Source: Verrucomicrobiota bacterium (GTDB taxonomy: Bacteria > Verrucomicrobiota > Verrucomicrobiia > Opitutales > Cerasicoccaceae). Taken from it: a stretch of DNA of 64,000 nucleotides. Below the pieces are notes generated by a model. The model searched no databases. It saw only the letters and a list, made by a program, of their open reading frames with translations, and was not told the DNA's origin. Positions 30,631-40,109 of this stretch are shown here, one piece after another (position 1 is the first letter of the stretch; the number at the start of each line of letters is the position of its first letter). The translations under genes were made by a program, and so were the position numbers. The stretch spans positions 232,065-296,064 of the forward strand of contig JBCBUK010000005.1 of the NCBI GenBank assembly GCA_039818205.1, given 5' to 3'.

Positions 30631-33600
30631 TTACTCAGAGGTGTCGGCGGGTTTTGCTTTTTCGCTGACGTAATCCAGAACCGCTGCACCAAACGTAAAA
30701 CCACCGCCGAATGCAACCAGAGCAACACGGGCATTGCCGGGCAGATCTTCCCAGTTTTTCGAAAGGCACAATGGAATACTGCTGGATGAGGTGTTGCCGA
30801 AATTCCGGATATTCTCCCAGACCCGCTCCGGGCGACCACTCAGGCGCTTCGCCAAGGCACGACTGATACGTTGATTTGCCTGGTGAGGCACAATCACATC
30901 TAAGTCGTCCATCTCAAGTCCACTGGCAGCACACGCTTGTGTCATCGCATTGGTCATATGGCGGACCGCATCATAAAAGACGCGTTTGCCGCGCATCGCG
31001 GTCGAATCAGGGCTATCGGTCAAGGGAACATTCAAGCTCTCGCCGGACTCCCCAATACCCGAAATAAGCGGCTTGTGCAGACGCAACTCATCACTGAGCT
31101 CGGGCTCACCGGAATCGGCCGAACGCGCACTGATCAGAGTCGCGGTAGCCGCATCGCCAAATAAAAACGCCGTATCGTAATCTTCAAGATCAAGCGTCCG
31201 GGAAAGCACTTCAGTAGTCACCAACAACACATTCCCAGAGCGACCTTCCAAAAAGTCATAAGCGCATTGAAGACCGTATAGATAGCCCGAACATCCCGCG
31301 GAAATATCATAACCCGGGCAGCACTGCTCCGGAGCCAATGCATGTAAGACTCGCATGGCCAGCGAAGGCGTCCCGCGGTCAGGAGTCGTTGTCGAACAAA
31401 TTACCAGATCGATATCCTCCATGGCCACTGGCGTTTTCTCGAGCAGTTGCTCGACGGCTTCTACAGCCAAGCTGAGCGGCGTTTGTTCTGGGGAAGCCCA
31501 ATAGCGGCTCTCGATACCCGTGCGACGGACAATATCGTCGCTGGTTTTTTCTGGGAAGCGCTTGAGCAACTCTTCGTTGCTAACTTCGACGCTACCATGG
31601 GCAATGCCGATAGCGCCCAAACGAACGATTGTGTTCTCATCCGAACGAGGGCCACTTGCCAAGAGCGGTGCGGCATCGTCTGTCGAAATAATATAAGGCT
31701 TCTTCTTTTGATTCTTCGTCGAAGAACGCTCAGTCGTATTAGCCTCAGCGCATCGAATGCGCATGATTGGGTCGCCCACGCTGATTGAAACGCCTTCGTC
31801 GACCGCCAGGGCCTCAACAACACCCTCAAAAGGAGAGACCATTTCGGCGGCAGCTTTATCTGCCTCTATAATCGCGATGTCCTGGTCTACGCTGACCGTG
31901 TCGCCTTCCTTGACCAACCATTCAACAACGGTTACCGAGTCGTCAGAAGCTCCGACGCCCATCGCGGAAATCGTCTCTATATTTGAGCTTTCCACATCAT
32001 CGCTTGCCCAGCCCAGCTGTAAATCCATCAGCTCAGCTGCGGCCTCAATAATGTCGTCGACCGATGGCAAAATCTCCAGCTGGTTGGCCAGGTTGAACGG
32101 CACAAGCGCTTCGGGCCGGGTTACCCGTCGAACGCGGGCAGGCACCGATTCACCTTCAACGACACACGCACAAATTTCGGCGCCCACACCACAAAATCCA
32201 TTGTCCTCGTGAACGACAACCAAGCGCTTCGTCTTGCGAACGGAACTGCGAATCGCGTCTTCATCCCAAGGAGTGATCGAGCGCAAGTCAATGACCTCGG
32301 CGGACACCCCGAGCGCCTCTAATTGTTGAGCCGCCTCTTCGCACAGAGGGACCGTATTGGCCCAACCAACCAAGGTGACATCGTCGCCGCTACGGCATTG
32401 GTGGGCTTTTCCAATTGGCACCCAATAGTTCGCGACGTCTCCGCTCGAAGCCCGCAGCTTGGCGTTAATCAAATTCTTGGGATACAAGATGACCGTCGGA
32501 CGATTCGAAGCCAGGGCTGCGTTAACCATTCCCGCAGCATCGCGCGCGGTGGAGGGCATCACGATATCAACCCCGGGTGAATGCGCCAAAACCGACTCTA
32601 AGGTCTGCGTGTGAAAGGGCCCAGTACCCCCGCGATAACCACCGCAGGAAACCATGATCACCACTGGGCAATTCCATTGCCCGGCTGATCGCCAATACAT
32701 CGAGGCCAGTTCGTTGTGATAAAGGTTCTGAATCAGCGGAAGAAAATCAGCAAACTGAATAAACCCGACTGGCTTGCCGCCGGCCAGAGCTTGCCCAATG
32801 GTGAGCCCCATGATGCTGGCCTCTGCCAGTGGCGCGTTGCGAACCCGGTCCGGGAACGCTTCCGATAGGCCTTGGGTCACCCCAAATACATCGCCTTTGG
32901 GGTCTTCGATGTCCTCGCCCAGAAGCGTAACCGCCTCGTCCTTGCTCATCGCCTGATGCAAGGCTTCGCGCATGGCTGCACGCATCGTCACCCCAATACC
33001 GTTGGTATCGATTCGACGCCCCTCCTTGGGCTCGGTCTGGTTTACGTAGTCGGCACTGAGTGGTGCCTTGACCTCCAAGGATAAAACTGGATCAGCAGAT
33101 TGTCGGGCCTCGTCGGCCGCGGACTTCACCGCCACCCGGGCACTCTCCTCGATTTCGAGCAACTGATCGTTGTCCACACCGAGATCCAAAAGCTGCTTGC
33201 GAAATTCGATCAGTGGATCACGAAACTTAGCATTCTCGGCCAGAGTATCCGCATTGCGGTAGGCCTGCTGATCATCGGCGTTCGAATGGCTGCCCAAGCG
33301 CTCGACCCGCATCACCGCAATCGCTGGACCACGAGTCGATCGAATCTTGCTGCAGAGGTTGCCAAACTGTTCACGTGAATCGATGACATCGACGCCATCC
33401 CAATAATGAATTGGCACACCGAGGAAGCTTTCCGCCTGCCCATCCGGGAGGGAGAAAAAGGTTTGCCCTCCCGTCGTAGTCGAAAGCGCATAACCATTGT
33501 CCTGGATCAAGAACAACACAGGCAAATTCGCTCGAACCGCCTCACCGACGGCCTCATAAAAATCCCCCTGCTGCACGCCGCCATCGCCAATTGCACAATA

Positions 33601-34080
33601 GACCAGCGGAGCACCAGGATCATCTTTGATGCGAGAAGCGACGCCCACGGCAGGCAACAGATTGTTGCCCACCGAAACTGGCATACTCATGACATTCAGC
33701 GCCCGGTCCGAGTGCATCACATTCATGTGCCGCCCTGCCGAACAAGAAGCCTCGTTCGCAAACAGAGAATCAAAGAATGATCGAGGCTCGACCCCGCGAG
33801 CGAGCAAAAGAGCTCGATCGCGGTAGTGACAACCCAGCCAATCGTCCGGAGTCAGAAACTCCGCGAGGGTTGCCGTTGCCTCGTGCCCCGCACTTGCAAT
33901 GTGGAAGTGCCCCTCACCTCGAGCGATGATCTTGCGTTCCTCGGACTCGATTTCGCGTGAGCGGACAAGACAGCCATACAAATCCAGGTACCGTTCCAGT
34001 AGATCAGATCGGCACGAATCCGGGGTGGATTCCGCTAAACGGGTCATGGGTTCAACCGGTCGGTCCTTGAAGACATCCAT
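30631..34080 (-). CDS. Fusion of 2-oxoacid dehydrogenase E1alpha + E1beta + lipoyl domain + beta-ketoacyl-ACP synthase III (FabH)
   Basis: HYRDR and TPP motif GDGGVQQG...QDN; LGEDI, NAPLAEA, IQFADF, GPFHTQ; lipoyl IEADKA; FabH triad AGCSG, PHQAN, GNTSSSS and AFGGGFT. Confidence 0.92.
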   Translation of the reverse strand: MDVFKDRPVEPMTRLAESTPDSCRSDLLERYLDLYGCLVRSREIESEERKIIARGEGHFHIASAGHEATATLAEFLTPDDWLGCHYRDRALLLARGVEPRSFFDSLFANEASCSAGRHMNVMHSDRALNVMSMPVSVGNNLLPAVGVASRIKDDPGAPLVYCAIGDGGVQQGDFYEAVGEAVRANLPVLFLIQDNGYALSTTTGGQTFFSLPDGQAESFLGVPIHYWDGVDVIDSREQFGNLCSKIRSTRGPAIAVMRVERLGSHSNADDQQAYRNADTLAENAKFRDPLIEFRKQLLDLGVDNDQLLEIEESARVAVKSAADEARQSADPVLSLEVKAPLSADYVNQTEPKEGRRIDTNGIGVTMRAAMREALHQAMSKDEAVTLLGEDIEDPKGDVFGVTQGLSEAFPDRVRNAPLAEASIMGLTIGQALAGGKPVGFIQFADFLPLIQNLYHNELASMYWRSAGQWNCPVVIMVSCGGYRGGTGPFHTQTLESVLAHSPGVDIVMPSTARDAAGMVNAALASNRPTVILYPKNLINAKLRASSGDVANYWVPIGKAHQCRSGDDVTLVGWANTVPLCEEAAQQLEALGVSAEVIDLRSITPWDEDAIRSSVRKTKRLVVVHEDNGFCGVGAEICACVVEGESVPARVRRVTRPEALVPFNLANQLEILPSVDDIIEAAAELMDLQLGWASDDVESSNIETISAMGVGASDDSVTVVEWLVKEGDTVSVDQDIAIIEADKAAAEMVSPFEGVVEALAVDEGVSISVGDPIMRIRCAEANTTERSSTKNQKKKPYIISTDDAAPLLASGPRSDENTIVRLGAIGIAHGSVEVSNEELLKRFPEKTSDDIVRRTGIESRYWASPEQTPLSLAVEAVEQLLEKTPVAMEDIDLVICSTTTPDRGTPSLAMRVLHALAPEQCCPGYDISAGCSGYLYGLQCAYDFLEGRSGNVLLVTTEVLSRTLDLEDYDTAFLFGDAATATLISARSADSGEPELSDELRLHKPLISGIGESGESLNVPLTDSPDSTAMRGKRVFYDAVRHMTNAMTQACAASGLEMDDLDVIVPHQANQRISRALAKRLSGRPERVWENIRNFGNTSSSSIPLCLSKNWEDLPGNARVALVAFGGGFTFGAAVLDYVSEKAKPADTSE

Positions 34081-34084
34081 TCTA

Positions 34085-35383
34085 TCAGACGGCCTGCTTT
34101 TTATACTGCCGGAACTTTCGTTTTTGGGGACGGTGGTTATCGCGTGATTGCCTCATTGGTTTGCCATTTCGTTTTTTCCCACGAGAGGAAGATTTACCCT
34201 TTGGAGCCCGCAAACCAATCAACTTCTCTTCATGGAATTCATGATCACGATGAATGGTAATCTGGGTCTTAATCAGGCGCTCAATAGCACGAAGCTCGCC
34301 AATCTCCTCGGCCGAGCAAAATGAGAAGGCGCAACCTTCAGCACCCCCACGCGCCGTGCGGCCAATCCGATGAACGTAGGCTTCCGGATCGTTTGGTAGA
34401 TCGAAATTAATCACCAGCGTGATGTCTTTCACGTCAATACCGCGAGCAGCAACGTCCGTCGCCACCAAAACTGGTGTCTTGCCGCGGCGGAAATTCTCGA
34501 GTGCACGTTGGCGGGCACGTTGGCTCTTATCGCCGTGAATAGCCTCGGTCCGCACACCTGAACGGTCAATGTGCTTGGCCAAACGCTCGGCACCATGCTT
34601 GGTACGGCTAAAGACCAATGTCAAATTGCGCCCTTCTTTGCCCTTCTGCTCATCAATCAACGACGAGAGCAAGTCCCGCTTATTGTCTTGCTTGAGAAGG
34701 CATAGGCGGTGGTCGACGCTCTCTGCGGTGGTCTTGTCGGGGGCAATCCGAACCTCGGTTGGATTGGAAAGGATTGTACTGGCTAGCCCCTCGACCGTCG
34801 ACGAATAGGTCGCCGAAAAGAAAATCGATTGCCGTTGTTTCGGAAGCTCCTTCACAACTTTGCGAATGTCATGGATAAAGCCCATGTCCAACATGCGGTC
34901 GGCCTCATCCAACACGAAAAACTCGACGCTACCAAAGTCCAAATGCCCTTGGCCAAACAGGTCGAATAGACGGCCAGGCGTTGCAATAAGCACGTCAACC
35001 CCACGGCGAAGCGCTCTAATTTGTGGTCCTGCAGGAACGCCACCGTAAATCGCAGTGGTGCTGATGCGGGAAAATTTCCCGTATTCCCGGAAACTCTGAG
35101 CCACCTGCGCAGCCAGCTCGCGAGTCGGAGTCAGCACCAACGCGCGGAACTGGTTCGGGCTCAGACGCCCTGGATTCTCAATCATTTGATTAAGAATCGG
35201 TAGTGTAAACGCAGCAGTTTTCCCGGTTCCGGTTTGGGCCGAGCCCAACAAATCATGCCCTTCGAGCAGCGGCGGAATGGCCTGCGCCTGAATTGGCGTT
35301 GGCTCGTCGTAGGACTTTTCGGTGAGTGCTCGCTGGAGTGGATCAGCCAAGCCCAGCGCACTAAATTTTTGAATCGTTTCCAT
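34085..35383 (-). CDS. rhlE: DEAD-box RNA helicase (RhlE-like)
   Basis: PTPIQ, AQTGTGKT, PTRELA, TPGR, DEAD, SAT, ARGID, HRIGRTAR; basic C-terminal tail. Confidence 0.88.
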   Translation of the reverse strand: METIQKFSALGLADPLQRALTEKSYDEPTPIQAQAIPPLLEGHDLLGSAQTGTGKTAAFTLPILNQMIENPGRLSPNQFRALVLTPTRELAAQVAQSFREYGKFSRISTTAIYGGVPAGPQIRALRRGVDVLIATPGRLFDLFGQGHLDFGSVEFFVLDEADRMLDMGFIHDIRKVVKELPKQRQSIFFSATYSSTVEGLASTILSNPTEVRIAPDKTTAESVDHRLCLLKQDNKRDLLSSLIDEQKGKEGRNLTLVFSRTKHGAERLAKHIDRSGVRTEAIHGDKSQRARQRALENFRRGKTPVLVATDVAARGIDVKDITLVINFDLPNDPEAYVHRIGRTARGGAEGCAFSFCSAEEIGELRAIERLIKTQITIHRDHEFHEEKLIGLRAPKGKSSSRGKKRNGKPMRQSRDNHRPQKRKFRQYKKQAV

Positions 35384-35941
35384 GTCTTATTTCCATCCGC
35401 AGGTCTCTTCAAAAATATGCGGATTCTTCGATGATAGTGATTATGCCTAAATCAATCACTCATCGATGGAGACCGTTCAGGATAGGTATTTGCGCAATGC
35501 CGTCAGGACAGCAGAGGAAATACGATTAACTCTCGGAAAATGGACCATTTAACCGCGCACGCAAGAGAAATAGTCGATCACAAGAACCCGGGATAACGGA
35601 TACTCATCAGGAACGTTAAGCCCTCTTCTTCAAAGTTTCTGCGACAATTCGGCCCATCCGTTCACGATAGTGCCGAGAAAACGACCTGACCGGCGCTCAC
35701 TATGGAGAAATCAAATACTCGCAAAATGCTCACAAACAAGATCTTAGGAAACAAAACCAACTAATCGATCAACGACACCATCAGAGCTATTCTCGGCCGA
35801 TGGTGCTAAAGATGTTATTTCATGGATTATTGCCGCGGACCACCTTTCGGAGCTGCTCCGGGGATTGCGAGAAACCTGTCCGAAAGATACGTTGATTCAC
35901 CGCCAAACAGGCAGCTACTCTATTAATAAACCCACACCAGT

Positions 35942-37930
35942 ATGAAACAAACACTCCTTTGCAGCCTCGGTCTATGCCTTGCGGCAACTACATTGTTGGC
36001 GGAAAATGCGCAAAACGACCGAAAAATGAACGTCATCTTGATCGTCGCCGACGATATAAGCGCCCGCGAATTCCCCTTTTATGGTTCTTCGAAATGGTCT
36101 GGCGAACGCCGAGCCCAGACGCCGGTGATGGATCGCTTGGCAGAAGAAGGATGCTTCGTCGAAACCTTTTGGGCTGCAACCATTTGCAAACCGAGCCGAG
36201 TCTCGATGATGAACGGCACCTATGCCCACCAAAACAAATACTGGGACAATCGTCACATCGGGGTCGACTGCCGGACCGTCTACTCCGCCTACGAAAGCGC
36301 TCCGATCACCCTCGGTAACATGAGCCGGGACGCCGGATATGCGAACATTTGGGTCTCTAAGACCCATATCACGGCCGGTGGCGACATCCTCAGCATGGGT
36401 TTCAACGAATGCGTACTCAACCCTGCGGAGCCGGCGCGGCATATGGGCTGGACTCCATTCGGCACTCCAGAACCAAACCCCTATCCAATTTTCCGCACCC
36501 CCAATCCTGACGACTGGGACCACGAATCCTTCTTCTTCTGGCCGGAGATACAGCTGATCAACCACCCGGACCACCCCAATGAGACCTTCACATGGGAGAA
36601 AACCGAAATCAACGACTACGCTCCAGATGTTGAAATGGAACACATCTATGCGTTCATGGATCGATCCAAAGCCGCGGGAAAACCCTTTTTCATCCTCCAC
36701 ACGCCGCACCTGGGCCACCTTGCCAAAGACCCGACTCACCCCGACTTTCCAACCGTCTGGCCCGGCACTCCAGAAATTGAGTGGACGGGTGACGGCTACG
36801 TCCGCAAAGACCCCAAGATTACCAAGCTGGCAGACGGAACCTACGAAAAAGAAAACATCACGCCCGACGGGTTAAGCTACCACATCGACTATCTGGATTT
36901 TCAAATTTGGGAGATGCTGCAGAAACTCGAGGAGATCGGTGAGCTCGACAACACCGTGATACTCTTCAGCGCGGACAACGGCACCCAATGGAATGCATGG
37001 GGCAAAGGCAATGTTCGCAGCCAGCAAGGCCAACATGTTCCTCTCCTCATCTACGCCCCCGGCGTTGAAGGATTTGTCCAAGGACGTCAAAATATCAGCG
37101 CCGACATAACGGACTTACTGCCGACGCTTGCCGAGATCATGGATTTCCAGTTCCCTGAAGGCTACGACAAGCTCGACGGTCAAAGCCTCTGGCCTTACCT
37201 CACGGGTGAGGCGGATCATCACCGCGACTACATTTACTCAATGCGGATTGAAACCCAGATGATTCGCAATGACAAAGTCATGCGCGACGGGCATGGAACA
37301 TGGTATGATGTCAACCAGCGCCCTGGAGACTTCGAGAGCTTCACCAAGCTCGACGATCTACCGGAAGGAGAATACAAAGACACCTTGCTCGCCGAAAAGG
37401 CTAAGCTCGAACCGATGCTCGCGCAGTACGACCTTTACGACATTGAATCCGAAGCACCGAAACCGCCGGCTGATGCCGATAAAGATGGCATTGCGGACTG
37501 GTTTGAAGAGCGGCACGGCGACCTTAAGCCCAACGCAGATCCCGATAAGGATGGTGTCAGTAACTACCTTGAATACATTCATGCCGGTGATCCCCACGAC
37601 CCAAGCTTACCGACTCAGGAACAATTGCCCCACGCGATCGAGCTATCCGACGCACAAGGCAACTACCTGGGCCTGCAGTTCGTGCGGCGGGAAGAGCTGG
37701 GGCCCGACTATTGGTTTTTAATCGAGGGGTCAGCCGATGGCGAGGAATGGACGACTGATGGCGTCATCCAACAGCACACGCTTCGGTCCAATGGGGACGG
37801 AACTGAGCGGGTCATTGCACGCATCGCCGCCGACAAAGACAAAGCAAACCTGTCCGAGATGCGCTTAACGGTTCAGAAGCCTCGCGAACGGAAGGCACGC
37901 AAATACACCTACTTGCTCAAAAAAGACTAG
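35942..37930 (+). CDS. Exported Cys-type (S1) sulfatase with PVC-type C-terminal tail
   Basis: Signal peptide; NVILIVADD, CKPSR, FSADNG; tail DADKDGIADW...DPDKDGVSNYLEY...FVRRE...EGSADGEEW. Confidence 0.88.
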   Translation: MKQTLLCSLGLCLAATTLLAENAQNDRKMNVILIVADDISAREFPFYGSSKWSGERRAQTPVMDRLAEEGCFVETFWAATICKPSRVSMMNGTYAHQNKYWDNRHIGVDCRTVYSAYESAPITLGNMSRDAGYANIWVSKTHITAGGDILSMGFNECVLNPAEPARHMGWTPFGTPEPNPYPIFRTPNPDDWDHESFFFWPEIQLINHPDHPNETFTWEKTEINDYAPDVEMEHIYAFMDRSKAAGKPFFILHTPHLGHLAKDPTHPDFPTVWPGTPEIEWTGDGYVRKDPKITKLADGTYEKENITPDGLSYHIDYLDFQIWEMLQKLEEIGELDNTVILFSADNGTQWNAWGKGNVRSQQGQHVPLLIYAPGVEGFVQGRQNISADITDLLPTLAEIMDFQFPEGYDKLDGQSLWPYLTGEADHHRDYIYSMRIETQMIRNDKVMRDGHGTWYDVNQRPGDFESFTKLDDLPEGEYKDTLLAEKAKLEPMLAQYDLYDIESEAPKPPADADKDGIADWFEERHGDLKPNADPDKDGVSNYLEYIHAGDPHDPSLPTQEQLPHAIELSDAQGNYLGLQFVRREELGPDYWFLIEGSADGEEWTTDGVIQQHTLRSNGDGTERVIARIAADKDKANLSEMRLTVQKPRERKARKYTYLLKKD

Positions 37931-37952
37931 TTGGTGTCATTTTTCAAAAGCG

Positions 37953-37980
37953 GGCCGACATCGATTTGGGTGTCGGCCTT
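37953..37980. terminator. Hairpin between convergent genes, probable terminator
   Basis: GGCCGACATC-gatttg-GGTGTCGGCC. Confidence 0.55.
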
Positions 37981-38063
37981 GCGTTTACTAGCCGTCCGCA
38001 ACGAAACAAACCCGTTCCGCCACAGAATAACCGCGAGATCATTTCAGCTGGCCAACTCCGTGG

Positions 38064-38732
38064 CTAGCGCCACTTTCGACGGAGAAAAGCCACAGCGGTA
38101 AACGCGGCAACAGCAATCACCATCACGGTTTTGCCAGGCTCCGGCACCTGCGTGATCTGTCCCCGGATTTCTCCAGCTCGAAAAGCAAAGGTGTGCACCT
38201 GGAAATAGAGCTCCCCCGCAAACAGCGCGTCAATCGCATCGCTGAGCGGTACGCTGTCTCCCGGCCCCCGGGAACCATCCGAACCAAAATCAAGATCACC
38301 GTCGTCCCAAAGCCCGGACAGCGATGAGTTGCTGGCATTGACCAGGAGGTCGTCGTCATCCTCTCGGGGAAATCCGTAGACATTGAGAGCGTGAACGTCG
38401 TTCTCCCCCGCGGCCCCAAAATGAATGTGCACGGCGCGAGAGAGGTCGTCGGGACCGGAAAGCGTGGGTCGCGGAACCGTTTCTGAAAAATCGATGCCAT
38501 TGAGCGAAAGCGTATAAGCGAGGGTCGGCCCATCCAAACCTCCCGTCGTCAGCAAGAGCTCCGCGACGCCTGAGGCCGTTGAGATGCCCGCAGGATCGTC
38601 GATTGGGCTACCAGGGACTACCGCCTCAGGCGTCAATATTGCCTCAAAGCGATACATGGCTGCCGACATCGAAGCACTCAGCCCGATGAACAGGCAGATA
38701 AAAACGAGGAGTCGCACGTTGTTTGATACCAT
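38064..38732 (-). CDS. CHRD-domain PEP-CTERM protein
   Basis: Signal peptide; AVHIHFGAAG...GELYFQVHT...GEIRGQI (CHRD); VPEP-TM-RRKWR sorting signal. Confidence 0.88.
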   Translation of the reverse strand: MVSNNVRLLVFICLFIGLSASMSAAMYRFEAILTPEAVVPGSPIDDPAGISTASGVAELLLTTGGLDGPTLAYTLSLNGIDFSETVPRPTLSGPDDLSRAVHIHFGAAGENDVHALNVYGFPREDDDDLLVNASNSSLSGLWDDGDLDFGSDGSRGPGDSVPLSDAIDALFAGELYFQVHTFAFRAGEIRGQITQVPEPGKTVMVIAVAAFTAVAFLRRKWR

Positions 38733-38959
38733 GGTGATTAACTTTATTCCATACTTATATCAGTTCAGGCAACGGGATTGTCGATATTCTCGGATCGCAC
38801 AAAGAGGTCTTGGTCGAAATAAGCCATGCATAAAAATTGAACGACAATATTGAGGGCCTCAATGAATCACAGGTGTCGATCGCGCCCGATTCATGAATAT
38901 CACTAATTCTAATAGCTAAATATCAACTATTCAGGAGACAAAATGGCCAGGCCGGTTCG

Positions 38960-38975
38960 TGGCATGGCATGTGCT
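38960..38975 (+). promoter_or_regulatory. Sigma-54 (-24/-12) promoter of the guanidine-type operon
   Basis: TGGCATGGCATGTGCT = GG-N10-GC, about 40 bp upstream of ATG 39017. Confidence 0.7.
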
Positions 38976-38979
38976 TTCA

Positions 38980-39007
38980 GTATTATGATTTTCCAAAAAC
39001 GTAATAC
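38980..39007. promoter_or_regulatory. NikR-geometry operator GTATTA-N16-TAATAC
   Basis: GTATTA-tgattttccaaaaacg-TAATAC; same spacing as the E. coli NikR site GTATGA-N16-TCATAC; covers the predicted transcription start. Confidence 0.78.
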
Positions 39008-39016
39008 CGCTTAATC

Positions 39017-40018
39017 ATGAAAATGCATATACTATCAAATGTATCTCGCCTATTGGCAATCGCTGCCTTGGGTTTTGCCTCCACAACGCTCCACGCAAAA
39101 GAACCCCTGAAAATCGCCTATAGCGATTGGCCAGGTTGGGTTGCCTGGGAAATTGGCATCAAGAAAGGCTGGTTCGAAGAAGCTGGCGTCGATGTCGACT
39201 TCCTTTGGTTTGACTACGTTGCATCGATGGATGCTTACGTGGCTGGCAAGGTCGACGCGGTATCAATGACCAATGGTGATGCGTTGGTCACTGGCGCCAC
39301 CGGGAAGCCATCGGTCGGCATTATTCTGAATGACTTCTCCAACGGCAATGACATGATTGTCGGCGGCCCGGGAGTTGATTCGATCAAGGACTTGAAGGGC
39401 AAGAAGGTCGGCGTTGAAGAAGGCTTTGTTTGCCACCTGCTTCTGCTCAAAGGGTTATCGGATAACGGTATGTCCGCTGACGATGTGACCATCGTCAACA
39501 CACCAACCAACGAAACGCCCCAGGTGCTTGCTTCGGGCGCTGTCGCAGCAATTGGCGCATGGCAGCCGAACTCAGGTGAAGCCTTGAAAGCGACGCCAGG
39601 CTCTTCACGCATTTATTCATCGGCTGATAGCCCAGGTATCATCTATGACTTCCTTTTCGTTTCTCCGGAGTCGTTGGAGACCCGTCGCGATGACTGGATG
39701 AAAGTGGTTGGCGTCTGGTATCGCATCGTCGACTACTTAAAGGACGAAGACAATATCGACGAAGCGCTCGAGATACTCTCATCACGCGTCAACTTGAAGC
39801 CTTCAGAGTATGAGCCGCTGTTTATTGGCACCCACATCCTCTCGCTCGATGAAGCGCTTGAGCGCTGGAAAAAAGGCGACGGCCTCGGCAGCGTCTACGG
39901 TTCTACTGACTTTGTTGATGACTTCAACGTGAAGTTTGAGGTCTATGAGGAGCCACTCAATACATCTAAGTATTTAGATCCGAGTCTGACAAAAGAATAT
40001 GCGAAGTCCGCGAAGTAG
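39017..40018 (+). CDS. ABC transporter substrate-binding protein (SsuA/TauA-like, urea-carboxylase-associated; probable guanidine-type ligand)
   Basis: Signal peptide; [33 protein letters not shown]; context with cgdAB and a carboxylase. Confidence 0.8.
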   Translation: MKMHILSNVSRLLAIAALGFASTTLHAKEPLKIAYSDWPGWVAWEIGIKKGWFEEAGVDVDFLWFDYVASMDAYVAGKVDAVSMTNGDALVTGATGKPSVGIILNDFSNGNDMIVGGPGVDSIKDLKGKKVGVEEGFVCHLLLLKGLSDNGMSADDVTIVNTPTNETPQVLASGAVAAIGAWQPNSGEALKATPGSSRIYSSADSPGIIYDFLFVSPESLETRRDDWMKVVGVWYRIVDYLKDEDNIDEALEILSSRVNLKPSEYEPLFIGTHILSLDEALERWKKGDGLGSVYGSTDFVDDFNVKFEVYEEPLNTSKYLDPSLTKEYAKSAK

Positions 40019-40045
40019 GGAATCGTGGTATCGTTAAAATAGGTA

Positions 40046-40083
40046 GCTTTGGCACCAAGCCGGATAAGGCTTGGTGCCAAGGC
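40046..40083 (+). other. Strong intercistronic hairpin after the binding-protein gene (mRNA stabiliser or partial terminator)
   Basis: TTGGCACCAAGCC-ggataa-GGCTTGGTGCCAA, perfect 13-bp stem, no U tract. Confidence 0.7.
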
Positions 40084-40109
40084 AAAACCACTGCTGCACT
40101 ACAACTACT

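Noticed and set aside
35972..36739. Long antisense ORFs (255 aa here, similar ones at 20344, 42004, 51852, 62219)
   Set aside because: Opposite-strand shadows of well-supported genes, with no motifs of their own.
38820..38860. NtrC-type enhancer upstream of the sigma-54 promoter
   Set aside because: Only a partial match (TGCATAAAAATTGAACG); too weak to call.
38733..39016. Guanidine riboswitch upstream of the guanidine-type operon
   Set aside because: No ykkC-type conserved segments or paired ACGR-loop hairpins seen by eye; the predicted 5' UTR is only about 30 nt.
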